Shown here one piece after another: positions 49,301 through 61,700 of a stretch of DNA of 64,000 bases. The notes under the pieces were generated by a model that saw only the letters and a list, made by a program, of their open reading frames with translations, was not told the DNA's origin and did not search any database. The stretch covers positions 1,860,001 through 1,924,000 of the forward strand of contig CM022669.1 in the NCBI GenBank assembly GCA_012295275.1. The letters run 5' to 3'. The position numbers and the translations under genes are program-made. Within the stretch, counting starts at the first letter, position 1. Every line of letters starts with the position of its first letter. The stretch is from Chrysomallon squamiferum (taxonomy: Eukaryota; Animalia; Mollusca).

Positions 49301-51709
49301 ACTTGTCGCAATTATCAGGTGAGATGTATTTTATTGGTGTTTTATATTTCTGTTTGTGTCAGCTTTTGTTCTTTATTTTGATTTAAGTTAAATTTTGAAT
49401 GAATTATCATAAATGTATGTTATTCCATCCATACTGTTTTAAAATATTTGATATCAATTTTAGAAAGTTTGGAGTTAATATGTCATAATTAAATATGTAT
49501 ATATAAAGAATGCATGGTGGTCATTGATACATATCTTTTTCTGACTGCAAATCTAGATGATGGACTTATTCATTAAATTAAAGCACCTTTTATGTTTTCA
49601 GGCATGGATGGTGGACTTAGAGGTGGTGTTGGTGGAAATGGTGGTTTAGGTGGAGGTGGTGGTGGCATGTCTGGACTTGGAGGAATGGGGGGAATGGGTT
49701 CAATGGATATGGGAGGTGGGATGTCTAGCATAGGGTCGGGTATGTCAGGAGGAATGTCTGGAAACATAGGTGGCATGTCAGGGAACATGGGAGGAAATGT
49801 GGGAGGATTATCAAGCAGCATGGGTGGAATGTCAGGAGGATTAGGTGGAATGGGAAGTGGTTCAAGTGGTTTAGGAGGTTTGGGTGGTGGTGGTATGGGT
49901 CAGATGACTCAGGGGATGGGAATGGGAAACAATCTAGGAGGTATGGGTGGTGGACTAGGAATGTCTGATAATTTCAGCTCGGGAATGGGCATGTCGTCCA
50001 ACATTGGGTCAGGAATGGGTGGGGGAATGAAGGACTCAATGGGCATGAGTGGAATGGGGGGTTCAATGATGAATTCCAATATGATGAACAGCAGTATGGG
50101 TGCTTGGGGATCATCAAATTTAGGATCAAGCGGGATGTCATCTAATTCTGGTGATTCTGGTCACTATGGCAGCTATAATTCAAATGACAGGCGAAGTGGA
50201 TCAGGAGGATCAACAAGACCAGATAACTGCACAGTTATTGTCAAAAATGTAAATATTTGTGTTTATTATTATTTTAATGGTCTTAGCACAGATGTCACAT
50301 ACCTTTGTAAGATTATTCTCAAAGTGAATAATGCTTTTCTTCTGTTTTGAAACACCTGAAAGATTTATTTTGATTCAGTGAGGTTCTATTCAAGAACAGC
50401 TGTTTTTATTCAAATTACATTTATAAAATATATTTGTCTTTGCAGATTATAACTCTATTTATAGTCATATCGTTAAGCAGCATAAATAGCATCTTTCCTT
50501 TCAGCTGCCGTATTCATTTACCTGGCAAACACTAAAGGATCGCTTTCAGGATGTGGGTAAGTAAGATTTCATTGTAAATAGTGTAAAGTAATCTTTTGAT
50601 GAACTGCAAGGGATGCAATGAAAATAAATAACCAGAAATTTGGTTCATTGTATGAGTCAGTTCATTATATACAATTCTCTGTAACAAGAAGATACAGACA
50701 ATATGATGATTTAAGAGTTTTTGTTCTAAGAACACATTATATATATCAGGTTGTAATGAAAGTTCTGTCTGTTTTTTAAGTAAATACCTAGTTAGCATTT
50801 TAAAGTGTTTCAAAATCATTAATATATTCACTTTCTTTCAGATTTTGTCAGTTTTTGTCATAACTGAAATTGTTGTATGGTGGTTATGTTTACTCCAACA
50901 AAGAACACACTAGTTTATTAAGCCTTAAAAAACAGACAAAACTTTTGCTATACCTTATCTGCATATGTATATACATATAGTTTATTTAAAAACATTTTTA
51001 AATTTTGTTTAATGAGATTTTAAGAATAAGTCAGAGTTTCGAAAATGTATTAAAATGCTGTTTTAAAACTGAAAACAAAAATTATATAAAAAACAACATA
51101 ATTGTGATTTTTAACTTGAGAAGGATGGTGAATATTTCTTGTGGATTTTTCTTGGATTCCGAAAAACAGGCACAGTGAAGTTTGCAGAAATTGAAAAAGA
51201 AAATGGAAGATCGTCAGGTGTTGGTTATGTCCGATTTGGAAATCCTGCTGATGCTGAAAGAGCAGTCAGTATCCTTAACTGAATATATTTGTTTTCTCAT
51301 TGTGACAGTTTCTATTTATTTTAATATATTAGAACTTTCATTGTTAAAAATAAAAAGTGTAAGTTTGGTTTTGTAAATATTGATTTAAAAATATTTTCAT
51401 TATTTTGTTCAGTGTTGCAATTATTAACATTGACATTATGTTGTTTTTTTATTTTTGACAGATATATTATTAAAGAGCCTTAATTATAAGTTGATAATGT
51501 GTAAATTTAGATTTATGTATCGATATTTCAGGCTAAGTGTATCTGTAAATTATCTAACTGTTCATGATTCTGTATTTAAATATGTTATTTCCTGTTAAAG
51601 CCAGATTTAAAAAGCAACAAATATATTTATCTTAACAAAATTTTCAGCTTTGATGAACCGCACTCGAATGGAAAATCGTGAAATTTTAGTTAGACCATAT
51701 CGCAACTGA
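43294..51709 (+). CDS. MYEF2: Myelin expression factor 2 / hnRNP M family RNA-binding protein (3 RRMs, Gly/Met-rich linker, N-terminal RS tract)
   Basis: Twelve exons: 43294-43382, 45433-45587 (SNIPYEMKWQHIKDIFR), 45800-45860, 46147-46240, 47848-48117 (TVFVAN), 48327-48480 (DKDGKSRGMGTVQFETPLEAVQAI), 48885-48977 (SMFNGQTLYDR), 49247-49318 (GLKSIGMGLG), 49602-50248, 50505-50556 (LPYSFTWQTLKDRF), 51170-51268, 51648-51709. Confidence 0.95.
48481..48884 (+). other. U12-type (minor spliceosome) GT-AG intron in RRM2
   Basis: 5' end GTATCCTTT; branch-like TCTTTAATCTTTAAC just before TTTAG; no long pyrimidine tract. Confidence 0.9.
51269..51647 (+). other. U12-type (minor spliceosome) GT-AG intron in RRM3
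   Basis: 5' end GTATCCTTA; branch site TTATCTTAAC at 51627-51636, 11 nt before the intron end. Confidence 0.9.
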
Positions 51710-52430
51710 ATTTCATCTCTGATGTGTATGTACCCATAGGGTCTTGTGTATTACGAATTTTACTTCATTTTATCATTACTTGACTCAGATTGAGTTGATT
51801 GTCATTCAACCTTCGTCTTTGTGGAAACATTGTGAGGTTGTTGATTGTTTGGTGAAATAGTAGTTAGTCGAGACACATCTGAGCTGACATTTTAGCACAT
51901 TTTAAGTTTGAATTAGTGACATTTATACTTAGCTGTATGAAATAGGTTGATATCACGTCCTTTCTTTATTGTAAACATACCTGGTTAAGATTGTTCTGAT
52001 ACTAGAATTAATTAGTTTTATTTATTATTATTATTTATTTTTTTATTTTTTATTTTTTATTTCTGAAGGTTACTTTGAGCTTTAACTATATATTAATTTT
52101 TTTAATCTAATGCTTGGATGTGTGTTTTGGGTAGATAAAAGATTTGTTTTAAATATTATTTATTTATTTATTATATTTTTTTTATTATTATTGTTTTACT
52201 TTTAGGAATGGTTTAATGTTCATAATCAGAATTCTTGCTTGTGTTTTGTATTTTTGTCTTAATAAATGTGCCATTAATGGTGAGAGTTTTATGAGGTTTT
52301 TGTACTTTATTCACATTTAACTTTAATTTAAAGGATGATGTAAAAGATAGAATCTGATGTTTGAAGGGAAGAAAAGCAGTTCTGTGTTGATGCTACAAAC
52401 CACTCTGTGTCAAAATGCTATTTGGATGTT

Positions 52431-52472
<42 letters not shown>

Positions 52473-55400
52473 TAAACATTTATGTGAATGTATTTTTAGG
52501 TTTTGCATTAAAAAGATTAAATAGTTTTATGCCTGCCATTCTGTTTCAAATTGCTTTAAGAAATTGAAACTTATAAAGACATTTTTAGTATACTGGCATA
52601 ATGTATCCAAATAAACTGTTTAATTTTGTTTGAAATTTTTTATGGCAACTATGTGAAGGTATTCTTCTGCATATGTTCTAGTTAGAAATTGTGATGCTTT
52701 GTGCCTAGTTTGTAAAATCTAATTTCAGTATGTTAGGAGATTTTAATAACTGGTTTATTATTTCATGTTTATGGCTACCTACCTAGCATTTACAAGACAT
52801 TGGTCATTACAGTTGATAGTTAAATGACAGGAATTATTAAGAAAAGAAATGGTATCTGTTTCTGTTTATTAACTCTTATTTATTTATTTATTTATTTATT
52901 TATTTTGTTTAATTCATTATTTTTATTTTTTTTAAGCTTATAAACCCATAACTATAAGATTAATTCTTATGTATATTTTAAGATATTATGGCAGACTTTA
53001 TATTTGAATACAAAATACTTCTTGTTTAAAGCTGTTTATTTTTTCTTTTCTTCTACAACACAGAAACTGATCATCTGTTTAAATGTTTTGATTAAGTAAT
53101 TGATAGGTCATGTTACACCTACTTCTGGATTACTTGGCATTATGTACAAAACATCTAAACCTTCATTTGTTAATCTCCTCATTTACTGGTTTAGTACAGG
53201 TTATTTGTTATGTTCTCCTTAGAGGTTTTTAACTATGTCCGTAATAAGATCTTTGAAAAAAACCCACCTACTTATAATTTTTGAATTATATGGTTACTAT
53301 ATTTCCATGTTTTTTGAGTTTTGCTGTATACATTACTTATTATTTGTTGATGTTTATTATTGATAAACATTAGTTTTTTCATAATTTGTCATCTCAGATT
53401 CTTTGAACATTTGTTAAAAGCATTATAAAGTTCAAGGTTAGATATCTACATATTGCCAATAGATTCAGACTCATGCATGGAATTCATTGACTTAATAATT
53501 ATTTTTCTTTGTTTCTTTTTTTGTTTTGTTGAGTATCTTTGTTTCATATTTTGCTACTTTTAATTTTGGTTTAAACATATAGTCAGGTTCACTCTGAAGT
53601 TTAAGTGGGATTCAGATAATTATGAATTGATTATTGAAAAAAACCCTCATTTGTTTAGTAACATAATTCATTGCAGTTTTGCTCAGAATAAATATCTTGT
53701 AGTAATTCAATATATTTTTTTCAAACTGCAGCTGTTGCATCTGCAGTTTAAAAAAAATAGATCATCATTTTCATTTAAATGTTTTTTATTTAATAGTAAA
53801 AATGAAAATTGTGCAGCATACATAGTAATTGATTGTCTTAATTTTTATATTATATTTTATCTTTTGATATAGTAATTTTTTAGGGGGGTATTTTGGTTTC
53901 CCCCCATAAATTATATTTTGTTTATATTAATTTAGAAAACTGCATTATATTTCTGTATTCTGGTTATTTATTGTTTTGCTGCCTGTTAATTTTTTTCTAT
54001 GGACAGAGATCTTTTAACTTATATAGTGCTTTGTCTGCTGCTCTATTTATTGCTGAAAAAGAAATTCTTTAATTAAAATAAAGAAAGGCTAGTATCTAAT
54101 GATTAACAGTGATTATTCAGATATCTCTACAATAATTAGTATGAGAAAAAATATAAGATCTAAAACTTTATTTTAATTGTTAAGATTAATTTTTATGTGT
54201 ATTGTGATAATGGCTTTGGTTTTCGATACATATGATACACATTTTAATTTGTTGGTTATTGGCATACACTGCTTTTGTTTTTCATCTTTAATCTGCTTCT
54301 ACTAAAAGTTAATTTAAAAGATTTTCATTTAACCTTTTTGCTTTGTAACACAATTTACTGGATGTTCATGCATTCTGAATTTCTGACAAACATTGATTAT
54401 GTAAAGTTACTCAGTATATTTAAATATATGTTTAATAGCTGGGATATTAATAATGATGAAAGCATTTATATTTTAATTGTCTTTTGGCTTAGGAATCATA
54501 GTTTTCAGTAAGGATTCTAGATTAAATTATCACTACTGTTATTATTAGTTTTGAATATTGTAATTATGTATATATTTATTTATATACAGGTTTATAATGG
54601 AACCATGACCATGATATGGTAACTTGTTTATATTTATCTCTTTTCCAACATTTATTGGTACTGTGTTTGTGTTGTACACTTACCAACTGTTTTTATATTG
54701 CGTTTGGTATTGCAAATCAGCATTCATCATTTTCCTCAGTGGCCGACATGTGGTTTAGCCTACCTCATCATGGTTCTGCACCACACAAGTTTGGGGTATT
54801 GGAGATTGGGAAGAGAATGTGAGTCCTGATGTCAGCATTGTCAGTTATCTGAGGCAACAAATATTACAAAAAAGAAAAGATAAAAGTGAAATTGTAATCA
54901 TGGTTTTTGGTTAAAGTTTAAATTGATTATATATTTTAATGGAGTGCTCCATTTGGAGAAAGCCATTTATTACTTTAAAACATAAACATTATAAACAAGA
55001 CATACGGTTGATGAATCATGACTGGATACATGGTTTGATTAGCTCAAGGCAAAGAATTCCAATTGGTTGATGCTACAGTGGTTGAAAGTCGACAACAAAT
55101 AGGTATTTTGGTACATGCAATTGTTTGCTTGTATCAAAGGTGGTTGATCTTTTGTTGGAGGTAATGTTTGTTTTTCTTTGTGTGCAACATTTTCTCTGTC
55201 CATTGGTGTGTTGGGGTATTTGGGTATATCACTGAGAAATTATTTCTGGGGCAAGTTTGAGTTGGTATAAAAATATTTTTGTAACCATTTAAAAATAAAT
55301 GAGAAAAAAATCTGGAAAAAGGAAAACATTAAATATGATAACAGTTATAGTTGATATTCATTTTTGTTCATGTGGGTTTGAAGAATCTTCAGATGAAAGG

Positions 55401-58400
55401 GTTTATTTCCATTTATTATAATTATTAGTTTGAAAATTATTTTTGAAATCTTATTTAAGAAGAAAGTTAAAAGCAGCTGATTTATTAAAATGTTATCTGA
55501 GTTTAAAAGCATTGGTTTTTCTTTTTTTTAACATTTTAATTTCAACCTAAAATATATTGATTATGAAATATATAAATAATAGTTTTTTTAATTATTAATT
55601 GTATAAATGGATTAAAATGTTTCTTGAAATTAATACTTAGATTATATTTGTGTATTTGTGTACATTACATTTACTTTTCTTACCACTTTTAGAGGTACTT
55701 ATCCCATATAGATGGTGATCAGAATAGTGATGTCCACAGAGGCTCGTAATTCACAGCTTACAGGTATGTTTATTTACATGACTTCACACAGGCATTATGT
55801 GCAGTATTATTGAGATAATCTTCCCATTTGCTTCAAATTTTTTAATATAATTTTCAAAGAATCACTGATGTGCATAATCCTGGGAAAAGATAAAACACAT
55901 TCCTGGACAAGTAAATTGATAAAAACTAATAAAAACTCAATGGCAATATAAAAAAAAAAAAAAGAAAAAGAAAAAAAGAAGACATCAGTGTGATTAAATT
56001 TTGGATTATTAAAACCCTATATTATTGCATAATCACCTGTACTGTTAGCACCAAAAACATACCTTTTCAAAGTATGGAATTGCAGAGTTCATACAACAGT
56101 TCAACTTCAAGTTTAAACATAAGCCACTCCTAAAGCCAAAGAAAAGTTGCTTCCAGTTCATGGACTTTCTATACATGACTTAACAACAGGCAAATATGTC
56201 TCAAATCTGGACTTGTGGCTGGCCCAAGGAAAAGTTGCTAATATTAGTTTGTATGTATCGTTTTGTTATGCAGCATTTCCAGGAGGTAAGAAAGAAGTCT
56301 AACATTGTCATCCATGTAAACAGGCTGTGTGACAAGTATGTAGTTGTCAGAATGAGTTTTCAGCAGATCTCCTGTGAGACTGCCTTGTGTGGTGAGCAAA
56401 TCAAGCTTGTAATCGTAGCCAATTCACCAAACCATCTGCTTTTGTCACAGTGGTGTATTCTTAGCATTATCCTCAATTTCCTAGCCATTAGTAGTAAAAA
56501 TTAAACCAAATATATTCTCAGATGTTATCAATCAAATAGGAGTTGTTTGACAGTTCAGTGTTCAAAAGGATAGTAGAGCATTTTTGCAGTAGGACAGAGT
56601 TAGTAGCATTTAATAACTTTGTATTGTGGTGTGTCATCATATTGTCAGAACTGCAAAGGATCTACCACACTGTTTGCTTACAAGTTGGCTGATAACTAAT
56701 TTGTAGCTTGTTCAGTGAATTTCTGGTATTTACCATCTATAATCTGCCATATCCTTTGTGCCACATTTGCAAAGAATGATTGAACTTTGCAAGACAGCAG
56801 AGTTAACTGCCAACATCTGTATGTGAACTTAATGTAATTTTGAAAACGTAAGACAGGCATGACACACTTGCTTGACATAATGATTTAATTTGTAACTATC
56901 ATGCATGAGAAGTCATATATTTCTGAAGAATACCTCACTGGTAGTAATCATCAAAAAACATAACTATTGCAGTAACTTGGGTCATAATTCATTATCTCTT
57001 GGAGTGGTTAACTTTTTTCCAGGTGTACTCATTCTTTATAAGCCTCTTTGACATTAATTTTTTTCAGATCATTACCTGCCAAGCTTGGTGAAATAAGAGT
57101 ATATGCTGTTTCTTGGTGGATGATTTTCAAGACCAGAAGATCAGTCCTACAGTGGTTGCAGGTTTGAAAATGAAAACAAAAATTAAAAAGAAACAAAGAT
57201 ATATAATTTAAATTATTTTTTATTGCTTAATTATGTATAGTCTGTAATATGACATAGATTTGTTGGGGCAATAACTATAGTAAAGAATATAATCCAGTTT
57301 GAAAACAATGTAAATTTGGTTGCATTATAAGCATTTTAACATGGGCTTTTTTCTTTTCTTTTTACATATTAAAGTTTTAATTGTTGAACTGACAATGTAT
57401 TTTACAACTAATCATAATTGTAATGACGAAAGCAGACATTACTTAGTAATGGTAAAGTTCAAAGAAATCCACATTTTAATGTTTTACAAAAGGATTAATG
57501 AAGGAAAAAAACACATTTGATTGTCATATTTTGTGAAGTGCTGAATTGGGGAAATAATCTTGTAATCATGACTGGACTTCTCTTCTGAAGACATGAGCAT
57601 AGACTGAAACTTTACAATTCTTTTTCAGATTGTCATTGGTTGACATAATGAACAAAGATGCAAACTTTGTGGTCAAATCTACTGACAGAAGTAAAGGACA
57701 CAAAGAACTATGCTGTATTGTTATGCAAATGAACAACTACTGCATTACAAGACAGCAGTTTTAAGCAAACAATATTTGTGATGTGGAACTTAAAAGCTCT
57801 AAACAAATTTGCATGTTACAGACATGTAAAACCAAAATGCACTTGCATTTAATCATTCTTAGGTTAAACTGATAGCTATGTAGAATTTATCAGTTACTAA
57901 AATATGCATTAGGATATGATGTATTTATGAGCAACTATTCCTATTTTTTAATACTTTAGGTTTGTGTTTAATGGTAATGTGAACTGTGAAATGAACAAAT
58001 GATATCTGTAAAACAGAGGTCCATAAAATCAAGGGTCAACAGTATATCTATTTCTGTTACATATTATTTTTTTCTGTTTAAAAAATGTTTAATGCAATAA
58101 ATTTGAACAAAACTAAATACTCTCAATACCCTTCATAGCAGTATTAATGCTATGTAACACATGATGTCAGTTTATTTTCATTTTCATATAAAAAAACACC
58201 GACATTTTTTTTAAGCAAAATAATGAAAGGCAATACAAAATGATATACAAAATAGACTATAAATCTCAGTTTTATAGTGACGTATTTTCAAGCAGAGAAA
58301 ATTGTTCAAGCCAACAAATAAAAAAAAATCCCCCTCAGAATAAACCATAGGGATGACCAGATTTGAATAATTTCCATTTTAAAACATTATTTCTGTGTTT

Positions 58401-58784
58401 TTTAAGTGGGATAATTATGGTTTCTTTTATAATCCTATGCAAGGAAAGGATGCCAACATAAACATCAAATACTATACAGTCCATATATGCATTCCAAACA
58501 AGTTTGTTATTTGTATAATAATAAGATTTTGACTGTTAAAAAAATAAATTATAAACTGTCCTCTTAGAAACGTAATATATTTTCATACATGTTCATACTA
58601 ACAAAAAAGAATGTTAAATGTTTATTCCACAACCACCTTGTTTAATTTCGACAAGTAACACTTGACTATTATAAAGGAAAGCTGTGTTAAATAATTATTA
58701 TATAATCATGGTAGATATAACTAAATTTAAATATTAATCTCTTTAAATAAAAACATGGCAAACCCAAAAATTAACTAAATCTAT

Positions 58785-61700
58785 TTATACCATAGAACTC
58801 TGTTGATTTTTTTTGGCTGGTGACCATGAACGTGACCTAGACCCTGCCTGGGATGATCTGCTGTTGGATCTAATTCTGGGCAGCTGTTTATCCAAATGTT
58901 CATTTGATGCAGCCTTTAAACTTTGATGAGATCCTTGGGTAGCAGAATGTTTCATTTGTGTCTGTTCACTTGCATAGTCTCCTTTGTCATTATCGTGCAG
59001 GAAATCTAAATGTCGACCAGGACAAAGCTTTGGTACAAACAGTGTCCAAGTATAAATAGCAACACATGCCCATGATGATGCCATTTTCACCCAAACAGCA
59101 GACCAATTCAGACCAAACTTATTAATATCTGTTTCCTCGGGTCTATTCATAAACATACAAATATAAAGCATTACTATAACAGTAACAATGTAACAAATCT
59201 TTTTGTATTATTTACACATTATAAAGCCAATTTATCTCTCTCTACACATGTCCATCTCGGATCAACCAATGTAATTTGATGCTGGGATATCAATCATCAT
59301 TCATTCATTCTTATTCGTATTCATCTTGATCTATCTGTATTGTCTATTTATAAATTTACAAATAAAACTATTTATGTAAAATGTCATTGTACTAATAAAG
59401 CCTGAAATCTCGAAAACAAAATACTTTTTACCAAAGAAAACTTTGGCAAATATGAAAGGAAACCAAATCATACCTGTACCAGTTTGTGAGCTGCATCATC
59501 ACATACAATGCAGCAAGACAAAACACAAAATGAAAAAATGAATATGAATAGACAACTCCTTCACTCTCATTCAGCTTCACCACCTGACCACCATACTCTG
59601 AAGGGTTATCTCCTGAATAAACAAATTATTTTAACACAATAATATAGTCTCTACTAACTAGGCAGCACAGACAGAAAAGTCTACTCTAAAATATTCCACA
59701 GAAAGAAAAAACAATCTTGTTATTAAGTAAATATTAATATGTTCATAAAATCGTCTGATAAATTACCTAACTACCAAAACGGTTCATTCATAAAATGGGT
59801 CTAAAATGTATCAAATTTCTTTTTATTTTAGTATGCTAAACCACTCCTAGATTTGGATGTACACAGATTCACTGCAGATTAAAATTATAAATAAATTAAT
59901 ATTTTGTAAAACTCACGTTTTTTAATGATACAGCACCAGCATGCATGTCCATCCTGAAATAAAACCAAATATATATTCATATCATTATGTAGTAACATAT
60001 ATCTACAACTACATACATTTCAGTCTCTAACTAAACCCATTTCTTCTGCTTTTCCAAAACACTGTAATAATATCCAGTTATTGCATTTTAAGTATTCATT
60101 TTATTATGCAGGCCAGTGCAAACTGCAAAAATGATTTATGCCATTTTATTAAATGATTTACCATCTATGCAATTTCTCAATGCAATGCATTTCTCTATTA
60201 TTTAAACTTGTATAAATATCTTGCAATGTAGGTGCTTTCCCATAGGTGTTACAGCCAAATTTAACCAATCAAAAAGAGCAATTGTCATTCAGAAAACTTT
60301 TTTGATTATAGAAGAGATGTGTCCAAATCGGAACTGAATTTCATGAATCTTATCAATAGAAAAGACTAATAAAAATAATGGTAAGAGACTGCCTTATGGT
60401 GAATTCTTAATTATTTTCATGCAGTTATGCACACATAATGGAGTGTTTTATATAATAATAAGTCATTTGTGTTCCTCAAACCTGATATTCACTAAATTTT
60501 GGCAATTTATTACAGCTGTCTTAATAATTATATTTTTAAAAAAACAATTTGTACCCATATACTTTTTACTTACCAATTTCCTGTTCTCAAAATGACACTA
60601 CTTTTTTTCTTTCTTATTTGTTTTTTAAATTATAAAGAAAAAACAGGTTATGCAAACAAAATAGGTTATACTAATGTCTAATTTGTGCAGACCTGTTACA
60701 TGGCATCTTGAATAATGACAATAATCAATGAATGATACTCACATGATGGGATCTACGAATACCTAGTTTGTGTGACTGGAATGTTGTACGCACACTGAAA
60801 TTGCCAAATGCAAAAATAAATCAACAAAATAAAATAAAAGCAAATCTGGTGCATGCTGGACAGGTGTTTTTTTAGTCCATACATATGTCTAATATCAAAT
60901 ACTTTTGTGTAGAAGTTTCAATTCATATTAGTCCAAATCAAATTAAATTGGTTGTAATTCAAACAATCCTTTATTTTCTACAGATTTGTATGTCTTGGTA
61001 CGTACTGACAGTTTACAAGATGATTTATATTGATATTTATGTCATAAGGTACAATTCTAAGAATTAATAGCATTTAAAAAAACGTGAAACCAGAATGTCG
61101 TTGTTGAATGACTAAAATTTCAATACACATCTTTATATTGCACTAACTAGAGAGTAAATGATTTCATATTATACTATGTGTCATTTGGAATTTTCATAAT
61201 AACATTGAAAAATAATAATTTTTCTTTGAAATATTTGACTGTTTTTTATATTGTTTTCAAATTTGGTTCATCTTTTAGGCAAAATAGCCATTTGTGCCTC
61301 ATTATTAAAGCATTTTAAATATTCTACTTGCAAACATTGTTGCCAAAACAAATATAAAAAAAAAATCAACCTAGGAATAAATGCTATAAAAACAAACCTA
61401 GAATAAACTGCCATTATGATCATGATTAGCAATCCAGCATAAGCAGAAATCAGATCAGCTTGAGCAAAGGATGGTTTTGGTCGACATTTGTATTTTACTG
61501 TATAATTTTTAGCATTATTTCCTTCAAAGCGATCACCAAGGCCAGATACAAAACCAACATTTGCTATTTTAGACCCCTTTTGTGACACTGTTGTAGAAAC
61601 TGTATCTAAAATGCTCTTAACTACAAAGAAAAAGATCATAAAATGAAAAATCTGTTCTGTTAACAAATGCTAAATCAATTTCAAAAGCAAAATTTGATTT

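Noticed and set aside
54008-54076. U12-branch-like TCTTTTAAC..TAG as an alternative last exon for MYEF2
   Set aside because: The encoded peptide does not complete RRM3 and the motif is expected in T-rich DNA.
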